Virus genome (UHGV): UHGV-0112973
DNA: 64,000 bases
DNA from: a virus
Direction: 5' to 3' (one strand)
The position numbers and the translations under genes are program-made. This document shows, in pieces, positions 52,659 through 64,000 of the stretch. How positions within the stretch are numbered: position 1 is the stretch's first letter; every line of letters begins with the position of its first letter. The notes under the pieces were generated by a model. That model was not told the DNA's origin and searched no databases. It saw nothing but the letters and a program-made list of their open reading frames with translations.

Positions 52659-53300
52659 ATGGATAAGAAAATATGCGTTGTTTCGATGAGCGTCGGCAAA
52701 CCGGCGTCAATGACTGCTGCATGGATCAATAACGAGCTGATAATGGCTGAGCGGACCAGCTACCCTGAACGCCGCCGCGATATGGAACTCCAGCTGCTGC
52801 GCGAATTGCGAGAAAAAGAGGAAAAGGGTTTTATCGTGCTGGTGGAAGAGGAAAACAGCTTTATTACTGGTCGAGTTGGCCAGCGTGTAAGGTTGCGCGA
52901 TCCCTTCATGAACGGCAGGCCGGTACTGATTGAAGCAATGCAGATTTACAAGGAGCTGGAACGCCAGAAAGCGATCAAGTTACCGCGCAAGGAATCCGGC
53001 AAATACATCCTCCACCAAAGCATCTTCGATTCCGAACACGATAAAAAAGGCGATGAATTTTTCAACATCAACTGGAGCGAAATAACGACAGAGCATGTTC
53101 TGACGTTACTATGTTGCTTTGCGACGGAATACAACAACGTTGCCAGCGCCGACTACATCAGGGCAATGGCTGGAGAAGTTGAAGCCCGCCAGGAACCATC
53201 GTTACTAAGTCCACTTATTAACATAATTCTGGGTACCCAGACACTGGAACAAAAAAAAGTGCCGAAAGGGGTATTAACAGGCAAGCATAATTATTTCTAA
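52659..53300 (+). CDS. hypothetical protein at P1 mat position (start set at MDKKICVV)
   Basis: 213 aa; synteny between ref and the res-mod slot. Confidence 0.45.
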   Translation: MDKKICVVSMSVGKPASMTAAWINNELIMAERTSYPERRRDMELQLLRELREKEEKGFIVLVEEENSFITGRVGQRVRLRDPFMNGRPVLIEAMQIYKELERQKAIKLPRKESGKYILHQSIFDSEHDKKGDEFFNINWSEITTEHVLTLLCCFATEYNNVASADYIRAMAGEVEARQEPSLLSPLINIILGTQTLEQKKVPKGVLTGKHNYF

Positions 53301-53498
53301 TAATTTATAGTGGGGACTTTTGATGGTGTAAAACCCCATGAATTATTATTTTTTAGTTTTTTGATTCTATTTTTTTTGCATTACCCGTCATAAAAATGAG
53401 CTTGCTTACATAATAGAAAATTATTTTATCAACACTATTACAACAAACGATTATCACTGATAACATGAGTCCTTTGAAAACAAAGGACTCACCATACT

Positions 53499-54107
53499 AT
53501 GTCTAATACCTCGGCAAATGAAATTGTACCGCACTTACCGCTAATTTTCGAAAATGAAGCTAATGGGATTCTTCAGGATCTGGCCTATACTCCATCGCTT
53601 ATGGGGTTGATGATGTTCCCGACAGAAGAGGAGCTGAAAGCAGCGAGAAGCTACATAATTAACGTTTTTGAAGAGTGTTACCGAGCCGGTCATTTGCGCA
53701 TTATGGGCTTTACTAATGAAGAAAACTTGTTCGGATACGCCTTAATCTTCGGACATCCATCGGGAAATTTTCCGTTGTACTGTCATAAAATATATGTATA
53801 TGAGCAATATCGTGGTAATGGACTTGGAAGTAATATACTGGCAGAAATACTTGCATTTCCAAATGAGGTCGCTTTGATTTGCCAGTCTGATTTGGTTCCT
53901 TTTTATGAATCAGCCGGAATGCACTTTAAAGGAAATTACACCACTCCATCAGTCGCCAATTTCAAAAAAACTCGCGGCATGTATGAGGGGCTTTGTTTGA
54001 TGAGCACTGAAAAAAATGCAAACTCTAATGGTGTACCTATATTCATGCTGAACGATAACGATATTGATAACATCATACAGGCTATCGCATCATCGGCACC
54101 ACGATAA
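53499..54107 (+). CDS. GNAT-family N-acetyltransferase (lone, AT-rich) at the position of P1 res-mod
   Basis: 202 aa; acetyl-CoA motif A EQYRGNGLGSNIL; AT-rich upstream region. Confidence 0.65.
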   Translation: MSNTSANEIVPHLPLIFENEANGILQDLAYTPSLMGLMMFPTEEELKAARSYIINVFEECYRAGHLRIMGFTNEENLFGYALIFGHPSGNFPLYCHKIYVYEQYRGNGLGSNILAEILAFPNEVALICQSDLVPFYESAGMHFKGNYTTPSVANFKKTRGMYEGLCLMSTEKNANSNGVPIFMLNDNDIDNIIQAIASSAPR

Positions 54108-54162
54108 TATTAATAATTCATCTCGCCGCAGGAACTACAAACCAGTTGATTGTTTGTGAAAC

Positions 54163-54180
54163 GCCCGGTGCAAACCGGGC
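54163..54180 (-). terminator. hairpin between convergent GNAT and lxc genes
   Basis: gcccggt-gcaa-accgggc. Confidence 0.4.
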
Positions 54181-54189
54181 CAACAAAAC

Positions 54190-54438
54190 TCAATCAGCAT
54201 TGAGAAGCAATGCATTATCTATGATGATCTGCTCCCATTCTTCGAATGCCCGGTCGCGGACGCCCTGGGGAACACTGTTAGTTTTGAAATCGACGACCGT
54301 ACGCCATTTCCCGTCCGGACGGTACATGCGCAGAGCTTTACTTCCCCCTTCCCTGCGCACCTCAACGTTATGCTTATCAGCAAACTCTTGTAATGCTCGT
54401 AGCGTCCCATGCTTTACTGTGTAGTATCGCTTTTTCAA
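54190..54438 (-). CDS. lxc: Lxc (by position and size)
   Basis: 82 aa ORF downstream of ulx/darB. Confidence 0.55.
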   Translation of the reverse strand: MKKRYYTVKHGTLRALQEFADKHNVEVRREGGSKALRMYRPDGKWRTVVDFKTNSVPQGVRDRAFEEWEQIIIDNALLLNAD

Positions 54439-54875
54439 GTTTTCTCTCCAGCCTGTGCCAAGGCTTCAACTTCCAAATCGTAAGACTCAAACTCATAGTC
54501 CTGGTCGTCAACTTCTTCAGGCACTGGCAGTAAATGCCAGGCTGAGTATATCTGACCATTATCAAAACGCTCCTGGCTGTAGAGCGTCGCGGCTATGAGT
54601 GTTAGCGCCGGGCGGTCATAACGGTAAATTTTGCGAACGTCACGGTCAACGAGACGACCGAAATTACCATAACCGCGCTCCAGTAATAATTTTTTAATTT
54701 CCGGCCAGTATGGACCATAGCTGCGGTACAGGCGGGGATTTTTCAGTAATCGCCCGCGTAGCCCTGACAGGAAGAAATCAACGTATTCGTCTTCTGTCTT
54801 TCCTAACAACGCTGTACGGAGTACCGCCTCAAGATATGTTTTATTCGGTTTTATTGTATCAGATAGTGTGGCCAT
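54435..54875 (-). CDS. ulx: Ulx (by position)
   Basis: 146 aa ORF between darB and lxc. Confidence 0.55.
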   Translation of the reverse strand: MATLSDTIKPNKTYLEAVLRTALLGKTEDEYVDFFLSGLRGRLLKNPRLYRSYGPYWPEIKKLLLERGYGNFGRLVDRDVRKIYRYDRPALTLIAATLYSQERFDNGQIYSAWHLLPVPEEVDDQDYEFESYDLEVEALAQAGEKT

Positions 54876-54908
54876 ATTATGCGACGCCCGGCGAACCGGG
54901 CGCTCCTG

Positions 54909-57900
54909 TTATGCGTATTGTTGGATGACGGCCAGAACGTCCGCCACGTTGTGTTTTGTCTCGATAATCCACCAGTTACCCGGGAAATCGCTGTTCTTCG
55001 CCTTCGCTGGCAGCCAGCGAGCGCCGAATTTCGCCTTGATTGCGTCTTTCGCACGGAAAAGAACGCCTTTCATGCCTGAGGCTTCCTGAAGCCCAAATAC
55101 CTCGCCAGCGGCGAATTTTGGTGCGTACATCATCTTCAGGTCGGCGGTGGATACGCGATAATTCAGACCAAGAGACTGAGCTATGCTGGTGGCATCACCC
55201 TGTATTGATGATAACTCTTCTTGTTTCTCGTTTCTGGCGGCAATCTCTTCCTCCGTGATGTTGCCAAGGGCCAGGTTTATCCGATCAGCGTCGGCCTGTT
55301 TCTCTTCATCGGTGCGCCCGGCAAGAACCGTGTTAATTCTCTGCAATATCTCCACATGATTCTTGCGCATGCTGAGCAATTCCGGCGTAACCTCGTTAAG
55401 ATCCACCAGCCCAAGGATGGCAAGGTCGGAAAACATTGATACCAGGTTGTAGGTCATGCGATAGCTGAGTTGACCATAGGCTGATGGCAACTTCACCGCA
55501 TCCATTTGATAGGCATCCATAAATTTAGAGCCGTCGTTTACGACATCCGCTATTGCAGGTGTGATTTTCCCTGTGGTGGCGGCCTCCCTGATTGCTGTTA
55601 CCCACGATTGAGTCAGCGCGGCGACTGCATGATTCAGATTGGCTTCCCGTTCTGCTGCGATGCGCGCGCTTGCTGCGTCCATTGCCTGCTTGATCTCGGC
55701 TTTATTGCTGTAAATGCCAATGGTGCCAAACTGTGCTGTGGTGATCTCATAATCTGACGCCCGGAACTCATTGGTACCGAAAATGGCATTGGTGACTTCA
55801 AGTTCAGAATCCCCGTTACGAGTAGCCCCCTGGCTTGTTTTCTCCGGCATTCTGGCGATCGCATCCGCTATTTTCTCCTGAATTGCTTCAGGGGATAGCG
55901 TATCTCCGTATGACGCGATTACATCGCCATAATTGGAGCCAAACAGTTCAACCAGGAATGCTTCTGCCGAACGGATCTGGCGGTTATTCCCTTCCGACAT
56001 CATACCAAGCACCCATTTTGCAATTGACGACTTCAGCGCGCCGTCACGGCGATCCGGGTAAACCGCATGCTTCAGTGGGTCCGTATAGGTACCAACAAAA
56101 TCAATGCTATAGCCTGACTCTGTAGTCTGAACGCCGTATGAGTCAGTGATTTTGATCATGCCGCGCTGCTGGAAACGGTAGAAATCGTCACAGGAAACGA
56201 TGTCGTTAATCCCGGCGATGGAGACGCCACCACTGATTTTCTGCATAACAGCATCTTCATCGGGAGTTACATCAACCTGTTTATCCAGCGTCTTCACATC
56301 CCAGTTACCAGATTTGGTGCCTTTGAAGGTGAAGATGATCTCCACGTCTGCGCGCTGGCTGTCGAAGTCCAGCGACTTAATGCGAACGATATCACCGGCA
56401 CAATCGTAGTATTGGCCTACACGCCATGAGCGATCGCCGATAACAAGGAACTCACTCGCATGGTTAACCAGGTCAGGATCAACATCCAGAATGCCTTTAT
56501 TTAATGCATCCTCCACCAGCGGGCGCAGGCGTTTGATATCCGTCGCGGCCTTCTGAGTACGGTTCAATAATTTCTCATAGCGGGAGATGGCCTGAGAGAT
56601 ATTAGCCTTGCGCTGAATGGCGCTTTTCAACGACGCGCGATACTGTGCTAACAACATACGGTCTGTGTGATGGACGCTACCCCAGCGGGCTTTCCAGTCT
56701 GCGTTATCAGCTGCTTTGGCCATTACCGCCTGTTTGAATTTAGCTACCTCGGCGGTGGTCTTTTCAAGTTCCGCTTTGCTTCGCTCCAATTCAGCGGTAA
56801 GTACCTCCACATCCTCACCAGCTGCGTGCTGCGCCTTGATGTAGTTCTGAAGGTCGATAGTAGCCTGTTCTTTCTGGCGAGCGCGTTTCGCAGCTTTCGC
56901 CTTATCCATTTGAACCTGCATCATTGCCAGACGTTCGCCGTCATCCTTCGCGGTATACATCTGCATTTCGATCATATCGTTGGCGTCGGCGTTCTCCATT
57001 TCTGACTTATCTGAACGGAGGATATCGGAGATCCAGCCTGCTTTACGCTTCAGCGTCTTCAGTCGGTATTCATCGAAAGACCCCTTGCCGCAGTAGTAGT
57101 GAACGCGAACGCTTGCACGGTTGGAGCCAACTCGGGCACCGCGACCGTTTCGTTGCGCAATACTGGCTGGAGTCCATGGCAACGTCAGATGATGGATGTC
57201 AGTCGTTCCTCGATGCAGGTTGATACCCACCTCTGCCTTTTTGTTGCAGATGATGATCGGAGTCCGGCCCTCCTGGAAGTCGGCTGCAATCTTTTCCAGA
57301 CCGCCCAACGACATTTCATTTTGCTGCGCGATATAGGCGTCATACAGAGCCATTTGCTCGTTGTATTTCGCTATCTGTGCATCTGTTGGTTCATCCGGTA
57401 ACTCTTTCGGCGGTTTAACCGCTTTCAGTTTCTTACCGGTTTTACCTGCCTCGGCAACCGTCTGAGCATTCAGTATCCCCACCTTTGAAGGTTCAAGGTT
57501 AAGAGCATTGCAGATAATGCGTTTGAGCTTCTGGTGCTGCGTTTTTTCATCGGTGAAGATGATTTGCTTACCTTCCGGGAAAAACTCCTTCAGCGTGGCA
57601 ATCAGCTTCGCGTATTTGGGCGTAACGGGGTGAGTTACGGTCTGTTCGTCAATGCCAAACCTGGCCAGGCGCTTATTCACTTCCTGCTCGAACGCTTCCG
57701 GAACCTGCAACTGAATAAACTCGCCCTTATCTATCAGGGAGTATTGCGATTGCTGCGTGATTGAATCATCACTGTCGTCGTCTTCACTGGTGGCTTGTTT
57801 AGGCAAACTGTCCGCCAGCTGCTGCACCGCATCGGCGTACTCCGGCAGGAAACGATAGGTGATCCGGCGATAGTACAGGTCCATGTCAGTACATACGCGG

Positions 57901-60900
57901 TCCATATCCCTGATTATTGAGAAGATCGGACGGGCTTTCTCGTGCTCAATCACGCCGTCTTCATTGACCGAGGTCGTTACGCCATTGTTGGCTTTGGCCG
58001 CCGCTTCCGCCTGCTGACGCAATTCTTCATACGCCGCCAGTTGTTCTTCAGTAAGTGGTGCATCCTGCTGGTGTTCGTCCAGCTCCGGGATCTCCACGGT
58101 ATCCTTAACGTCTTCCGCCGTTTTAAGCGTTACCCAGCGATGGAATATACCGCGCAGCGCATCAAGGTTTTCAAAGCCCACCAGCGCCATTTTTTCTTCA
58201 ACTTCACCGCTAATTTTCTGTACCGTTTCCAGCCTGGTCTTGCCGAAGAATTTAACGAAGTCATCAGGACCGTAGATCCCCATGTTCTGCCAGTATTCCT
58301 TCGGCAGAACATGAGAAAGCATGTTGTATGCATCGATCGGGGTGTTAACGACTGGCGTTGCAGTCAGGAGAACCGGGCCGCGCCCACCATTCTTTTTAAT
58401 CAGGTACGCGTTTTTAATTGCCATATCTCGCGCCGATTGCGCCACCGCGCTGGTGGGCAGATAGGCCAGTTGTGACGCTTCGCGACCATTTTTATAGCTA
58501 TTGCGGTAGTTGTGACCTTCGTCAGCGATCACACTATCGAAGCCCATATCCTCAAAGTACGGATACTTCTCTGCTTTTTCGGTGCCGGTATCTGAATACT
58601 CCGACAATACCCGGCGACGCGCGGCCTCTTTGCGGTGGGAGTCGGAGTCCATTGCGCTGGCTACGCGTCCGGCGGCAACGAAGTCATAAAGCATATCCTG
58701 TGCATGCTCATCTACGGTGTCATCACGTAGCGGAATGCGGGCGTATTGTTCTTTGGTAAACACGACTGCACGGTAATTTGAGTGCGGGATCGCGTTCATC
58801 CGCGCCGTGATAGTGGCTTCATCTGCCAGCTTAAGAGCATCGCGCATAACTGGAGTGCCATCAGTACCAAGAACAGGTTTACCGTTCTCATCGAGCACCT
58901 GCACCTGGCGAATCTGATCGCCATCCATCAGCACATCAAGACCGACGAACAGGTAGTTACTGAATGCCTCTTCACTCAGGAATTCTTTTGCTTCGTAATA
59001 CCAGTTTTCCAGCACTGATTTAGGCACTACATACGCAGTACGGGTGGAGCGACCGTTCTCATAGTTGAACGCCTCAAGCGCCAGCGCGGTCGTGGTTTTA
59101 CCCAGCCCGGTGCCGAAGCCCAGGATGCCGCGCCCATCTTCGGACAGTCGGCGCACCTCGCTATTCTGGTAATCAAATGGCTGGCGCTTACCGCTTAATC
59201 CCTTCAACCCAAGCGGATCGCCAGAGTGTTCATACGGGATATTGCTATTGAACACATCGTTGTATTTGGCAACCAGCTCATCGTAGCGATCGTGCGTCTT
59301 GATCCACTTATTGAACTGGTCCTCAAGCAGTGCCATCTGCTCGCGGTAGCCGTTCGCCGTCGCGCTATCTTTGCCACCGATACGCGCACCATTGAGATAC
59401 TTTTCCAGCTGTGCCGGGAACCCGGTCGCGTTTTCACCTGATTTACGGTCCCACTCGTAGCGAATCTCACCTGTTTCTTTATCCTTGCGCTGGACGACAC
59501 CGTATCGGTGCCCGACGAACAGACCATCACCACCGTGATAGGTGTCAGAAACCATTTCGTCGCCTTCCAGCTGCACTGACTGCACATAGCGCAGATCCGG
59601 ATAACCGTTTTCCTGCAAAAATTCCAGAATGACGGAACGGTCGAACCAACGGCTATTGAGCTTAAACCGGATATTCTCTGCTGGCGTCTTGATGCGCTTC
59701 TCTTCGATAGCTGCCAGCTGATTAAGGACGTTGTTCTTTACTGGACCGTCGGGGAGTGTGGCGAGGAATTCCTGTTTTGGAGCCACTATCTCGTTAATGT
59801 CGCCGCTGGTGGCGCGGGCGAACGGAACAATCCCGCCATACGGTGAAACCGCAATACCAGGGGTGCTGGCCAATAAATTAAGCAACTCTTCATCACTGGC
59901 TGGCAGTTCGCCGGTAAACGCAAGGCGGAAATCATCGAGCTGGATTGGATCGCGGGTGAGATCGCTATAGAGATAACGCAGGGTGTCCTGATAGCTGGTG
60001 GAGTCATAACTTGCGCTGGAATCATGCGTAACCAGCTTCCCTGTCAGCTCGTCAGAAATAGTGCCATCCAGCTTAATTGCACCACGGAAAGCAAACCAGG
60101 CGCGCGCACCGCTCCCCGACAATTTCGCTATCGGACCGCGACCGGGGTTACCAAAACGGTCAATCTCTGCCTGCAAACGGGATACCAGAGAAAGGCGCTG
60201 CTGTTCGATTTGTTCAGCACTATGCCCGGCGGCCTTCATGTCCTGATATTCAATTAACATCCGGCCAATCATCGCCCCGCGATACAAGCGTTCACGGTAT
60301 TTTTCAGGCTGGCTGTTAATCCAGTCCACCAGTTGCACCATATCGTCGCTGATTGATGTGGTGTACTTATCGCGGACATTTGCCATCTGGGTAAATGTCA
60401 TGCCGAGACGGCCTTCTGTTGTAGTCAGGTTACGCTGAAGAGCCTCCCAGCTATCCGCGCCATAACTGGCAGCATCGATCTTAAGTTCCTTCCCGGCATC
60501 AGCTTCAATCCAGCGACCACCAGCATATTTTTGCCATACGCCATTAATCAGGCGCATTTCCCCTTCACCAACAACGTCTGCGGTCGGTGACGGTTCAGCC
60601 ATATCGAGCAAAGACCAGTCGATACGGCTTTCGAAACGATGAATCAGCTTCGCTTTAAGAGCCTGGTTATCAATCTGACCGTCGGCACGAACCTCAATAC
60701 GCCCCTGGAAGCCCTTTTCCTGGGTGCCATGAACAAACCGGCGGCCGTCCTTTTCAAACCACTTGCCAGAAATAAACGTTGGCCAAAGCACATTTGCCGA
60801 TTCGAGAGTGCTTTCATCCACCAGGGGGATTTTCTCAGCCATCTCTGCCGGATGTTTGCGCATCAGCACCACATCAACAACTGTACTGGTCCCGTTTGCG

Positions 60901-61676
60901 TCAAAAGTACCGGTAGGCAAGCGGTGGGCACCAAGAAATTCAGCTTTCCGTGATAGGCGCAGGCGTAACCGCTTCATGTTTGAACCTGAAACAATGGACG
61001 GCGGCACAATCACGCACATGAATCCGCCTGGCTTTATCTTGTCCAGCATGCGGAGCATGAAGTAAGAACCCATGTCCGTTTCTTCTGCGTAAGGCTTATC
61101 GATGTTGCGTGTGTTATCACGACCACCGAACGGAACGTTACCCACAACATGGTCGAATGAATCGTTAGGCGTGCTTACAGCCAGTTGTTCGAACGGAGAA
61201 ATCTGTACGCTGTCTTCCGGGTGCAACAGCTGGTTTATACGACCGGAAACACTGCTGATCTCAGTCGCGGTCATCACCGTACCAACCGGTTTTGTCTCAT
61301 TAAAAACGCCGGTTCCCGCCGATGGTTCCAGAGTGTTACCTACGTCCGCGCCGTAGAGCTTCATGATCTCCCAGACACCTTCAGCGATCGGCTTTGGTGT
61401 GTAATATTCGGAGACGGACCCGCCAATGCCGCCTTCACCGGTGTACCCAGCCAGGATCTGGCGCTGTTCATCTGTCAGTGTCGCGCCGTCCACCAGCGAA
61501 TTAAGCAAATCTATCGCCTTCTGATTCGCCTCACGGCGCAGTCGGTCATAGCTTTTGCCTTCCACCTTTTCCACGCCGTATTTAATCGGCGCTCGGTGAG
61601 ATGTTATTGCCCTAATGTATTTCAATATTTCGCTGACACTTGAACAGCGAAACACCCCCATAGATAGCTTGTTCAT
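54909..61676 (-). CDS. darB: DarB antirestriction protein (methyltransferase-like N-terminus, DExH helicase C-terminal half)
   Basis: 2255 aa, the size I recall for P1 DarB; helicase motifs GTGLGKTTTA, DEGHNYRN; divergent from portal gene. Confidence 0.85.
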   Translation of the reverse strand: MNKLSMGVFRCSSVSEILKYIRAITSHRAPIKYGVEKVEGKSYDRLRREANQKAIDLLNSLVDGATLTDEQRQILAGYTGEGGIGGSVSEYYTPKPIAEGVWEIMKLYGADVGNTLEPSAGTGVFNETKPVGTVMTATEISSVSGRINQLLHPEDSVQISPFEQLAVSTPNDSFDHVVGNVPFGGRDNTRNIDKPYAEETDMGSYFMLRMLDKIKPGGFMCVIVPPSIVSGSNMKRLRLRLSRKAEFLGAHRLPTGTFDANGTSTVVDVVLMRKHPAEMAEKIPLVDESTLESANVLWPTFISGKWFEKDGRRFVHGTQEKGFQGRIEVRADGQIDNQALKAKLIHRFESRIDWSLLDMAEPSPTADVVGEGEMRLINGVWQKYAGGRWIEADAGKELKIDAASYGADSWEALQRNLTTTEGRLGMTFTQMANVRDKYTTSISDDMVQLVDWINSQPEKYRERLYRGAMIGRMLIEYQDMKAAGHSAEQIEQQRLSLVSRLQAEIDRFGNPGRGPIAKLSGSGARAWFAFRGAIKLDGTISDELTGKLVTHDSSASYDSTSYQDTLRYLYSDLTRDPIQLDDFRLAFTGELPASDEELLNLLASTPGIAVSPYGGIVPFARATSGDINEIVAPKQEFLATLPDGPVKNNVLNQLAAIEEKRIKTPAENIRFKLNSRWFDRSVILEFLQENGYPDLRYVQSVQLEGDEMVSDTYHGGDGLFVGHRYGVVQRKDKETGEIRYEWDRKSGENATGFPAQLEKYLNGARIGGKDSATANGYREQMALLEDQFNKWIKTHDRYDELVAKYNDVFNSNIPYEHSGDPLGLKGLSGKRQPFDYQNSEVRRLSEDGRGILGFGTGLGKTTTALALEAFNYENGRSTRTAYVVPKSVLENWYYEAKEFLSEEAFSNYLFVGLDVLMDGDQIRQVQVLDENGKPVLGTDGTPVMRDALKLADEATITARMNAIPHSNYRAVVFTKEQYARIPLRDDTVDEHAQDMLYDFVAAGRVASAMDSDSHRKEAARRRVLSEYSDTGTEKAEKYPYFEDMGFDSVIADEGHNYRNSYKNGREASQLAYLPTSAVAQSARDMAIKNAYLIKKNGGRGPVLLTATPVVNTPIDAYNMLSHVLPKEYWQNMGIYGPDDFVKFFGKTRLETVQKISGEVEEKMALVGFENLDALRGIFHRWVTLKTAEDVKDTVEIPELDEHQQDAPLTEEQLAAYEELRQQAEAAAKANNGVTTSVNEDGVIEHEKARPIFSIIRDMDRVCTDMDLYYRRITYRFLPEYADAVQQLADSLPKQATSEDDDSDDSITQQSQYSLIDKGEFIQLQVPEAFEQEVNKRLARFGIDEQTVTHPVTPKYAKLIATLKEFFPEGKQIIFTDEKTQHQKLKRIICNALNLEPSKVGILNAQTVAEAGKTGKKLKAVKPPKELPDEPTDAQIAKYNEQMALYDAYIAQQNEMSLGGLEKIAADFQEGRTPIIICNKKAEVGINLHRGTTDIHHLTLPWTPASIAQRNGRGARVGSNRASVRVHYYCGKGSFDEYRLKTLKRKAGWISDILRSDKSEMENADANDMIEMQMYTAKDDGERLAMMQVQMDKAKAAKRARQKEQATIDLQNYIKAQHAAGEDVEVLTAELERSKAELEKTTAEVAKFKQAVMAKAADNADWKARWGSVHHTDRMLLAQYRASLKSAIQRKANISQAISRYEKLLNRTQKAATDIKRLRPLVEDALNKGILDVDPDLVNHASEFLVIGDRSWRVGQYYDCAGDIVRIKSLDFDSQRADVEIIFTFKGTKSGNWDVKTLDKQVDVTPDEDAVMQKISGGVSIAGINDIVSCDDFYRFQQRGMIKITDSYGVQTTESGYSIDFVGTYTDPLKHAVYPDRRDGALKSSIAKWVLGMMSEGNNRQIRSAEAFLVELFGSNYGDVIASYGDTLSPEAIQEKIADAIARMPEKTSQGATRNGDSELEVTNAIFGTNEFRASDYEITTAQFGTIGIYSNKAEIKQAMDAASARIAAEREANLNHAVAALTQSWVTAIREAATTGKITPAIADVVNDGSKFMDAYQMDAVKLPSAYGQLSYRMTYNLVSMFSDLAILGLVDLNEVTPELLSMRKNHVEILQRINTVLAGRTDEEKQADADRINLALGNITEEEIAARNEKQEELSSIQGDATSIAQSLGLNYRVSTADLKMMYAPKFAAGEVFGLQEASGMKGVLFRAKDAIKAKFGARWLPAKAKNSDFPGNWWIIETKHNVADVLAVIQQYA

Positions 61677-61687
61677 TGGTAATCCTT

Positions 61688-61698
61688 AACAAGTGACT
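61688..61698 (+). promoter_or_regulatory. putative late-promoter box in darB/portal divergent region
   Basis: AACAAGTGACT, same 11-mer as upstream of the head gene. Confidence 0.35.
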
Positions 61699-61743
61699 AG
61701 TGTTAAATTTCCGTTCAAACACGATGCGAATTATTCTAATTAA

Positions 61744-64000
<2,257 letters not shown>

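Noticed and set aside
55040-61650. Numerous 60-180 aa ORFs on the plus strand inside darB
   Set aside because: All are antisense to the continuous 2255-codon darB frame and lack start signals.

Overview
This window is a contiguous stretch of a P1-family phage-plasmid of Enterobacteriaceae. All P1 comparisons are from memory of the published P1 map and protein sequences; no database search was run. Recognisable landmarks in window order: the right end of IS1; late genes ending in tail sheath and major head protein; parS-parB-parA; the plasmid replicon (incA iterons, repA, five-iteron oriR with GATC cluster and DnaA box); hrdC; the bifunctional methyltransferase dmt; tRNA-Asn, tRNA-Thr and tRNA-Ile(CAU); plp; ban; a minus-strand baseplate operon; a long plus-strand block of small genes including a lambda-like Ser/Thr phosphatase; phd-doc; pacA with its pac site and pacB; c1-coi; loxP-cre; ref; lxc-ulx; darB (2255 aa); portal and the start of the head protease. 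The most notable departure from canonical P1 is an in-frame 341-codon LAGLIDADG intein inserted exactly at the catalytic PCQ motif of the cytosine-methyltransferase domain of dmt. Other candidate accessory loci are: a lone GNAT acetyltransferase where P1 carries res-mod; a T5orf172/GIY-YIG-like gene between incA and parA; an AT-rich two-gene module beside IS1; an operator-small ORF-antirepressor module between pacB and c1; a family of long-stem hairpin elements around the tRNA genes; and a low-GC cluster of small membrane proteins upstream of phd-doc. RepA and its iterons differ from the P1 RepA I recall while ParA/ParB look P1-identical, suggesting a mosaic replicon. No CRISPR array or rRNA was seen.
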